A stretch of DNA of 64,000 nt, from the sequence record NC_031126.1; one strand, written 5' to 3'. Shown piece after piece: positions 1 through 5,418 of this stretch. A program made the position numbers and the translations under genes. Under the pieces are notes generated by a model. It saw only the letters and a list, made by a program, of their open reading frames with translations, was not told the DNA's origin and searched no databases. Every line of letters begins with the position of its first letter. The stretch's first letter is position 1.

Positions 1-486
1 ATGACCACGATTGCTTACGATGGCGTAACGCTGGCGTCGGATAGCCAAACTACCCAAGGCGATATCCGCCTGTCGAACTCAGCGGTGAAAATCTTTGCAG
101 CCCCACACCGTGATTGGGCAGTCGAGGGGAAACGTATCGTAGCATTTGGGGTGGCTGGTAATCTTCACGCCGCTAATGACCTCCGCGCCGCGATGTCCAC
201 GTTCGCTGGCCACAAAGCGGGTGACCCGTTCCCTGAGGGCGTGACGTTTGCGTTCATCGCGATTGCCGAAGACCACACAGTGTTCGTGGGTGGGAAGTAT
301 TCCGATGATACACGCTCGTGGGTTGTGGAAGCACAGGCACCCATTGCGGTCGGTAGCGGTGGTGATTTCGCCATGGGTGCCATGGCCGCAGGTGCCAAGG
401 CCGAAGACGCTATTCGCGTTGCATCGAAGTTTGATGTGAAAACCAACGACAGCGTATCATCAATCGTTTGCTGGAGTAACACATGA
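1..486 (+). CDS. Ntn-hydrolase, HslV/proteasome beta-subunit-like protein
   Basis: Begins M-T-T-I-A-Y-D-G-V-T-L-A-S-D-S (Thr1 after Met removal, LAxDS strand). Also has KI at ~30, GVAG and AVGSGGDFAMGA, the motif order of T1 peptidases. Confidence 0.75.
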   Translation: MTTIAYDGVTLASDSQTTQGDIRLSNSAVKIFAAPHRDWAVEGKRIVAFGVAGNLHAANDLRAAMSTFAGHKAGDPFPEGVTFAFIAIAEDHTVFVGGKYSDDTRSWVVEAQAPIAVGSGGDFAMGAMAAGAKAEDAIRVASKFDVKTNDSVSSIVCWSNT

Positions 487-818
487 CCGAAGAAAAATCT
501 CAACCGGAACTGGTGTTTGATTTTGCATATCCGCTGGACGAAGTCTGTGCAATTCTGGGAAATACCCGCGTACCGAAAATCGCTGCGTTGACGGAAGTTG
601 TGGCTAGCGTGCAGTTTCACATGTGGGCTGCTACTAACTTGGTTACCGTGATGGTTCTGTCGAAAGACGGCGATGCTACCACGGTGAATACTTACCAAGG
701 CTACAGCCCTGTAACTAAAATCGAATCTATCAATAACGCTATGGAACATGCGCTTAAAGACGCTTTGAAGTCTTGGGCCTACCTCCAGACACGTAATTTG
801 AATGACGCGGTAGTCTAA
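483..818 (+). CDS. hypothetical protein (111 aa)
   Basis: ORF coupled to the upstream gene by an ATGA overlap, with GGAG upstream. Confidence 0.7.
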   Translation: MTEEKSQPELVFDFAYPLDEVCAILGNTRVPKIAALTEVVASVQFHMWAATNLVTVMVLSKDGDATTVNTYQGYSPVTKIESINNAMEHALKDALKSWAYLQTRNLNDAVV

Positions 819-854
819 TTACAGGATAACCTAGTGTTATGCTGAGAGGCACAC

Positions 855-986
855 ATGACCTTAGGACGAAAGTTACCAAGGCCAGCCCCGCCGCGATTAA
901 AGCGTCCGGAGTTGCCTCCTGCACCACCACCGTGCAGTGAATGCGCTTGCTGCAAGAAACGGCAAGCCACAGATTTAGGGAAGTAG
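855..986 (+). CDS. small Pro/Arg-rich, Cys-cluster peptide (43 aa)
   Basis: GAGAGG SD then ATG at 855; reads MTLGRKLPRPAPPRLKRPELPPAPPPCSECACCKKRQATDLGK*. Below the ORF-track cutoff; the last codons overlap tRNA-Trp. Confidence 0.4.
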   Translation: MTLGRKLPRPAPPRLKRPELPPAPPPCSECACCKKRQATDLGK

Positions 987-1052
987 CTCAGCAGGCAGAG
1001 CGCTGGTCTCCAAAACCAGATGTCGCAGGTTCGATTCCTGTCTTCCCTGCCA
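977..1052 (+). tRNA. trnW: tRNA-Trp(CCA)
   Basis: Acceptor AGGGAAG/CTTCCCT; anticodon arm CTGGT-CTCCAAA-ACCAG; T-loop TTCGATT; encoded CCA. Confidence 0.95.
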
Positions 1053-1118
1053 AATTTAGCCAACAGGAACATTATTCAACGCGGACGACACAAATTTGTC
1101 AATCGGCGGAGAATCCTC

Positions 1119-1340
1119 ATGAACCTGTATTTGCTAGAACGACTGGACAACGTCGGTTACGACGAGTTTGATTCCATAGTCGTTGCCGCTCCTACGGAGC
1201 TGGCCGCGTGTGCAATTCGTCCACGAGGCGGATGGGTACCAGACAACCAAGCCGAAGACGGGGTTACCCTGAGGATAGCGTTGATAGGTACAACCCATCT
1301 GCCCACAGGCATAGTCCACACGTCGTTCAACGCAGGCTGA
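1119..1340 (+). CDS. small phage hypothetical protein (73 aa, ends SFNAG)
   Basis: GGAGA SD before ATG 1119; MNLYLLERLDNVGYDEFDSIVVAA...SFNAG resembles a common small phage protein type. Confidence 0.75.
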   Translation: MNLYLLERLDNVGYDEFDSIVVAAPTELAACAIRPRGGWVPDNQAEDGVTLRIALIGTTHLPTGIVHTSFNAG

Positions 1341-1368
1341 ATAACCGGCGACTTTCGGGTCGCCAACC

Positions 1369-1444
1369 GGGGCAATGGCTCGAGCGGTCAGGCGCTAGAT
1401 TGCAAATCTGGATTACGGGGGTTCAATTCCCTCTTGCCCCTCCA
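1369..1444 (+). tRNA. trnC: tRNA-Cys(GCA)
   Basis: Acceptor GGGGCAA/TTGCCCC; U73; anticodon loop TTGCAAA; T-loop TTCAATT; CCA. Confidence 0.93.
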
Positions 1445-1590
1445 ATTCTTTAAAAACACATCTCGCCCGATGTGACAACTTTACAACAAACCCGTAGAGC
1501 CTTTCGGGGGTGTAGCTAGTAGGAGTGTTTGTTCACTCTACGGTCTTTCACTCCTGGGCGCTGGCTCACCCACCCAAAGGAAAAAATACT

Positions 1591-2016
1591 ATGTTTGGCT
1601 TCTTGAAAAAACGTGCTTCTCGCTCTGTTACCGAAATCAAAAAATTCGACAAACGCGACCTGGCACAGGCTGTTGTTAACGCAGCATATCTGGTAGCTTA
1701 CGCCGATGGCGAGCTGGAAGCATCTGAGAAAGCAAAAATCGAACAAGTGCTGCGCGCTAACCCGGTACTGTCTAACTTCCAGGGTGAACTGAACCAGATC
1801 GCTGGCACCATCATTGCACAGCTGGATGCAGACATCGGCATTGGCCGTCGTGCTGCCCTGCGTGAAATCGCCGATGTGAAGGGTGACCAGCGTGAATGCG
1901 AAGACGTGCTGGACGTAGCTATCGCTATCGCTAAAGCTGACGGTGAAGTTGAGCCGGAAGAAGAAGCGGTACTGAAACAAATCGCCGAAGCTCTTGGCCT
2001 GCGTTACGACGCCTAA
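1591..2016 (+). CDS. terB: TerB-family (tellurite-resistance-like) protein
   Basis: Two TerB motifs, AYADGELEASEK and AKADGEVEPEEEAVLKQIAEALGL; AAAGGA SD before ATG 1591. Confidence 0.88.
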   Translation: MFGFLKKRASRSVTEIKKFDKRDLAQAVVNAAYLVAYADGELEASEKAKIEQVLRANPVLSNFQGELNQIAGTIIAQLDADIGIGRRAALREIADVKGDQRECEDVLDVAIAIAKADGEVEPEEEAVLKQIAEALGLRYDA

Positions 2017-2019
2017 GCC

Positions 2020-2199
2020 ATGAAGCTGAAAACCAAGTTGTACATCGCGGCCGCACTGCTACTGATGTTGCTTGGCAACTTCGTAGGACGGGCATTCACG
2101 TTGCTCGCCTACGTCGCTGTAATTGGCTTAGTAGCATATCTCGTGTGGCCACTCATTAAGACTTATGCAGCCAAGGCTAAAGCTAAGGTCAAGTCTTAG
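2020..2199 (+). CDS. small membrane protein (59 aa)
   Basis: MKLKTKLYIAAALLLMLLGNFVGRAFTLLAYVAVIGLVAYLVWPLIKTYAAKAKAKVKS*: two hydrophobic segments and a basic tail; starts 3 nt after the terB stop. Confidence 0.7.
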   Translation: MKLKTKLYIAAALLLMLLGNFVGRAFTLLAYVAVIGLVAYLVWPLIKTYAAKAKAKVKS

Positions 2200-2249
2200 T
2201 GTGATTGCGGGGAGGGAACATTCTCCCCGTACGCTCGGGGCAAAAAAAT

Positions 2250-3032
2250 AACGAACGCTGGGGTTGGTTTTCCAACTGCTGCCGTGAGTACCACTCATTT
2301 GGCCGGGCTGGTATCCCGTCTGATACGGTATTAGCTGAGACCCAGCGCATACCAGTAAGTCGCTGATAGCCGGTTACACAAAGCACTACACCACAGAGTA
2401 GCGTGGGGGTAGGTAACTGACCGTAAACTAACTTACTCGATGAGAGAGCCCTTATATATGCAAGGACTAAAAGAGTTGGTGCGTGAGTTCATTCGTTCTT
2501 TAAAGAGCGTGTGGTCTTTCGTACGACACTGGTCACTTGCCCATTACTGGCTTACAGGCGGTGGGAGTTCCCGTGAGGGTTCCCGATACAGACATCTTCC
2601 TGCGTGGAAATATGTGTCCGTAACGGACAGGCCAGCACCGGACTGCTAAACCGCTAAGCTAACGCCTGTAATACTACAATCTGAAAATCTTTGATGGGAT
2701 TAAGTTCCTATAAAGTGTCGAAGCGGCTGTGTGTCGCTGGAGATAACCCCCCGTCGTGGGTCAAGTTATCCCAATGGTAATGTGAAAGAGGATGGTGCTT
2801 GGAGACGCTAAGACCGGCGGATACGCTGGCTCAGAAGAAGAAGTCCATCATCCTCATTCTCACTCTGAAAATTCAATTACAGTTTTATCCCTATATATGT
2901 CAATGATAACAAAGCGAATTCTAACGAACGAGTTTTCTTTGTTATATGTCGGGGAACCTCGTTGTTGCTGCACAGGGCGTTGCGTTGCGTACGCTTGCCG
3001 GTGTGTAGGAGTTGCGAGGTGCCCTGGCACCT
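2250..3032 (+). ncRNA. candidate large structured non-coding RNA(s)
   Basis: No convincing ORF. Many helices found by eye: 2256-62/2341-47, 2552-60/2663-71, 2631-36/2825-30, 2742-47/2765-70, 2788-97/2846-55, 2906-14/2937-45. Lies directly upstream of the tRNA array; strand assumed from context. Confidence 0.5.
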
Positions 3033-3037
3033 AATTT

Positions 3038-3123
3038 GGCGCGGTACTCAAGCGGTCAACGAGAGCAGACTGTAAATCTGTTGCCTTCGGGCTTCGTAGG
3101 TTCAAATCCTTCCCTCGCCACCA
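3038..3123 (+). tRNA. trnY: tRNA-Tyr(GTA)
   Basis: Anticodon loop CTGTAAA; long variable arm; T-loop TTCAAAT; ACCA end; one acceptor mismatch (C5-U68). Confidence 0.93.
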
Positions 3124-3129
3124 AATTCT

Positions 3130-3204
3130 AGGGGTATAGCCAAGCGGTAAGGCCCAGGGCTTTGATCCCTGTATGCTCTGGTTCAAATCCAGATGCCCCT
3201 TCCA
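3130..3204 (+). tRNA. trnQ: tRNA-Gln(TTG)
   Basis: Acceptor AGGGGTA/TGCCCCT; CAGGG-CTTTGAT-CCCTG; CCA. Confidence 0.92.
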
Positions 3205-3210
3205 TTTTAT

Positions 3211-3287
3211 TGTCTCGTAGCTCAGTTGGTCAGAGCGCTCGCCTGATAAGCGGGAGGTCAGTGGTTCAAGTCCACTCGAGACAACCA
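3211..3287 (+). tRNA. trnI: tRNA-Ile(GAT)
   Basis: Acceptor TGTCTCG/CGAGACA; loop CTGATAA; ACCA. Confidence 0.95.
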
Positions 3288-3291
3288 ATTC

Positions 3292-3367
3292 GGTTCTGTA
3301 GCTCAGTCGGTAGAGCACGCCACTCATAATGGCGCGGTCGTTGGTTCGATACCAGCCGGAACCACCA
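3292..3367 (+). tRNA. tRNA(CAT), elongator Met or Ile2
   Basis: Acceptor GGTTCTG/CGGAACC; CGCCA-CTCATAA-TGGCG; ACCA. Met versus lysidine-Ile2 cannot be resolved by eye. Confidence 0.9.
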
Positions 3368-3491
3368 GTCACGAGAACGTAACCCTGCGGTTTGGTTAGT
3401 CACCTATACTAGCGGTTACGCGATGCCTTTATCTGCGGGGCGTGAAATAGTGCGAGAGGTAGACTCTCTCAAGCAAGCAGAGGCAAATTCA

Positions 3492-3566
3492 GGTGCTATC
3501 GTCTAGCGGCTAGGATACGGCACTTTCACTGTCGGTACACGAGTTCAAATCTCGTCGGGAATGCCA
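3492..3566 (+). pseudogene. tRNA-Glu(TTC)-like gene with unpaired acceptor stem
   Basis: D, anticodon (CGGCA-CTTTCAC-TGTCG) and T arms (ACGAG-TTCAAAT-CTCGT) are normal and it ends GCCA, but acceptor strands GGTGCTA and CGGGAAT do not pair. Confidence 0.65.
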
Positions 3567-3572
3567 AACAAT

Positions 3573-3648
3573 TCTCCCATCATCTAGCGGTCTAGGATCG
3601 CCGCCTTTCGAGCGGTTAACCGGGGTTCAAATCCCCGTGGGAGAACCA
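3573..3648 (+). tRNA. trnE: tRNA-Glu(TTC)
   Basis: Acceptor TCTCCCA/TGGGAGA; GCCGC-CTTTCGA-GCGGT; T-loop TTCAAAT; ACCA. Confidence 0.9.
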
Positions 3649-3654
3649 AATTAG

Positions 3655-3820
3655 CAGGAGAGCTTTAGGGGTTCGTTTTCAGACGCCTAGGTTGTGGAAC
3701 GTTGCATCCCGCGTCAAGCCGGATGTAATTGGGGTTCGACTCCCCACTAGGATGCCCTAAAGGTAGCGCCGTCACAGGCGAGCAACTAACACGAGGCGTC
3801 ATGACACGCCTACTCCTGAG
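3655..3820 (+). ncRNA. structured RNA containing an internal tRNA-like T-arm module
   Basis: Perfect T arm TGGGG-TTCGACT-CCCCA (3730-46) nested in CCTAG/CTAGG, CTTTAGGG/CCCTAAAG and CAGGAG/CTCCTG helices; 8-bp stem in place of an anticodon arm. Confidence 0.6.
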
Positions 3821-3827
3821 TAACAAT

Positions 3828-3910
3828 GGAAGTAAAGCTCGCTGCTTCGGAAACTCATGGTGAAAGACCCGTGACCTTCCAGGCCGGTGCTATACCGGAT
3901 GCTTCCACCA
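3828..3910 (+). ncRNA. atypical tRNA-like RNA with acceptor stem and ACCA end
   Basis: GGAAGTA/TGCTTCC-ACCA plus three internal hairpins; T-loop is TGCTATA and there is no canonical 7-nt anticodon loop. Confidence 0.6.
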
Positions 3911-3916
3911 ATTAAT

Positions 3917-3994
3917 GGTGTACGTAGTTCAGTTGGTTAGAATTCTGGCTTGTGACGTCGGAGGTCGAGGGTTCAAGTCCCTCCGTACACCCCA
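3917..3994 (+). tRNA. trnH: tRNA-His(GTG)
   Basis: Encoded G-1:C73; acceptor GTGTACG/CGTACAC; loop TTGTGAC; CCA. Confidence 0.93.
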
Positions 3995-3999
3995 ACTTT

Positions 4000-4075
4000 A
4001 GTGCCGTAGTCGAGTGGCTAAGACGCTCCCCTGTCACGGGAGAGATCGTGGGTTCAAACCCCATCGGCACTGCCA
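4000..4075 (+). tRNA. trnD: tRNA-Asp(GTC)
   Basis: Acceptor AGTGCCG/CGGCACT; CTCCC-CTGTCAC-GGGAG; GCCA. Confidence 0.95.
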
Positions 4076-4080
4076 TATCT

Positions 4081-4168
4081 GGAGAATTGACCGAGAGGCC
4101 GAAAGTGCTCCCCTGCTAAGGGAGTGGTCCTTAGGGGCCCGAAGGTTCGAATCCTTCATTCTCCGCCA
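4081..4168 (+). tRNA. trnS: tRNA-Ser(GCT)
   Basis: Acceptor GGAGAAT/ATTCTCC; loop CTGCTAA; long variable arm; GCCA. Confidence 0.95.
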
Positions 4169-4173
4169 AACAA

Positions 4174-4266
4174 TGAACGTGGCCTTTTCATTTAAATTAG
4201 CATGCTATGCGGCATTGCTCCAGCAAATGAGAATCAGTCCTGCCTTAAATGGTAAGCGTTCACCCA
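4174..4266 (+). ncRNA. CCA-terminated structured RNA (non-tRNA)
   Basis: 7-bp terminal stem TGAACGT/GCGTTCA followed by C-CCA; inner CATTTAA/TTAAATG and GGCA/TGCC helices; no T-loop. Confidence 0.5.
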
Positions 4267-4271
4267 ACAAA

Positions 4272-4337
4272 GGTTTCTCCCGGTCGGTCTGGGGTCGTCA
4301 GTCAAATGGCGAGGTTGGTTCAAATCCAGCAGAAACA
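4272..4337 (+). pseudogene. degenerate tRNA-like sequence
   Basis: Canonical T arm GTTGG-TTCAAAT-CCAGC and GTTTCT/AGAAAC acceptor; anticodon arm TCGTCA-GTCAAA-TGGCGA has a 6-nt loop; no CCA. Confidence 0.5.
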
Positions 4338-4338
4338 A

Positions 4339-4439
4339 GAACGATGAAGTTAGAGGCATAAACACCCGACTCATAATCGGATAGCGGGTTACCCGGCGGG
4401 TAACTTGGTCGCAGGTTCGAATCCTGCCTTCGTTCGCCC
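4339..4439 (+). tRNA. atypical tRNA(CAT) with long variable arm
   Basis: Anticodon arm CCGA-CTCATAA-TCGG; T arm GCAGG-TTCGAAT-CCTGC; extra stem GGTTACCC-GGC-GGGTAACT; acceptor GAACGATG/CTTCGTTC; ends GCCC, not CCA. Confidence 0.65.
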
Positions 4440-4445
4440 TATTAC

Positions 4446-4522
4446 GGTTCCATAGCTCAGTTGGTTAGAGCGGCTGCCTGTTAAGCAGTAGGTCCCTGGT
4501 TCGAGTCCAGGTGGTACCGCCA
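4446..4522 (+). tRNA. trnN: tRNA-Asn(GTT)
   Basis: Acceptor GGTTCCA/TGGTACC (one U-U); GCTGC-CTGTTAA-GCAGT; GCCA. Confidence 0.93.
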
Positions 4523-4525
4523 CAT

Positions 4526-4595
4526 TTTGTGTTGCCCTTGTCCCGAAAGACATTCCGGAAAAATATCATTCATGGTCGGGGGTAACACAGAACCA
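4526..4595 (+). ncRNA. CCA-terminated long hairpin RNA 1
   Basis: TTTGTGTTGCCCT/GGGGTAACACAGA 13-bp stem then A-CCA; inner TGTC-CCGAAA-GACA hairpin. Confidence 0.55.
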
Positions 4596-4598
4596 AAT

Positions 4599-4662
4599 TC
4601 CGGTCACCACACCTTTTGTCGCCACCTGCATGGCTGCCTCCGGGGTGTGGTGGCTGGAACCA
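4599..4662 (+). ncRNA. CCA-terminated long hairpin RNA 2
   Basis: TCCGGTCACCACACCT/GGGGTGTGGTGGCTGGA ~16-bp stem then A-CCA; inner GCCA/TGGC hairpin. Confidence 0.55.
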
Positions 4663-4758
4663 TCTTTAGCCGTTTGTTTTTTTCTTAACTTACGGATAGA
4701 GCCCCAGTGGGGGAAAAGCCACTAACAACAATAGAAATAGCAATAGAAGGAAAGAACC

Positions 4759-5268
4759 ATGTTTACAGTACAACGTATCGTTAAAGGTACCCGCTGCCCT
4801 ATCGACCTGGAAGAACCGGCACTTGGTGACCGTGATTCTGACGTCTTTAAGGAAGCAATGAAATTGGCCCAGGAATCCATTGCCATGCAAAGCAACACGG
4901 TCATGGACATGAATCTGGCCGGTGCCCGAGAAATCATCGGGATGCAGGAGAAGTTCAATACTCCTGAAGGCGTAGACGAAGAAACCGCACACGCCTTGTG
5001 CCAAGAATTTACTGCGGTGGACTTGGAGTTCCACTACGACGACTCTAAACCTGAAGAACAACCACAACAGGCTGTTCTGTTGGGTTCCCGTCCTGGCACA
5101 CGTTCTTTGGACGAAGCCATCGGGGTCCTGTCGTATTCACTTGAAGACCGCCGCGACCAGGAGAAACCGGAAACGTACGTGCAAGCGTGCCGCTACGAGT
5201 TCTTCTATCCAGGTGATCAAGTCTACGTAACAAACCGTTACGGTAAGACGGTCGATTCCCTGCGTTAA
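4759..5268 (+). CDS. hypothetical protein (169 aa, acidic)
   Basis: Clean ORF with AAGGAAAG SD. Confidence 0.8.
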   Translation: MFTVQRIVKGTRCPIDLEEPALGDRDSDVFKEAMKLAQESIAMQSNTVMDMNLAGAREIIGMQEKFNTPEGVDEETAHALCQEFTAVDLEFHYDDSKPEEQPQQAVLLGSRPGTRSLDEAIGVLSYSLEDRRDQEKPETYVQACRYEFFYPGDQVYVTNRYGKTVDSLR

Positions 5269-5418
5269 CAGAATCAACCCGCTCGTTGATACCGATGTTG
5301 TTGGAGCTACCCACTCCTGCCTGAAACCGACATCACTTGCAGTTCCTTCGAAAGCCGATAAGCCTGGTACCCCCTACCCCCAAAAGGGGTAGGGACGTAT
5401 CCTATATTTTTTTGGATA

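Noticed and set aside
2440-2649. 69-aa and 80-aa (2792-3034) ORFs in the structured region
   Set aside because: Weak SD, atypical composition, and overlap with strong RNA helices. Not called, although a short amphipathic peptide from ATG 2458 cannot be excluded.
2250-3032. tmRNA, RNase P RNA, SRP RNA, or group I/II intron identity for the structured region
   Set aside because: No Ala-type acceptor with T arm, no GAGGAAAGUCC/CR-V pair, no SRP GGAA/AGCAG loop and no domain V. AAGAAGAAGTCC (~2835) only loosely resembles the group I S element and lacks a properly placed partner or flanking exons.
3031-3372. 113-aa minus-strand ORF, plus ORFs 815-1072, 941-1171, 1208-1453 and 4014-4361
   Set aside because: These are shadows of tRNA genes; the translations are the typical antisense-tRNA pseudo-peptides.
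3700-3730. tRNA-Sec (TCA in loops at ~3714 and ~4302)
   Set aside because: The loops are 11 and 6 nt without U33/A37 context, and there is no long variable arm or CCA.
4730-4752. AATAG triple repeat before gene 4759
   Set aside because: Short A-rich leader, most simply a translational enhancer; not repeated elsewhere.
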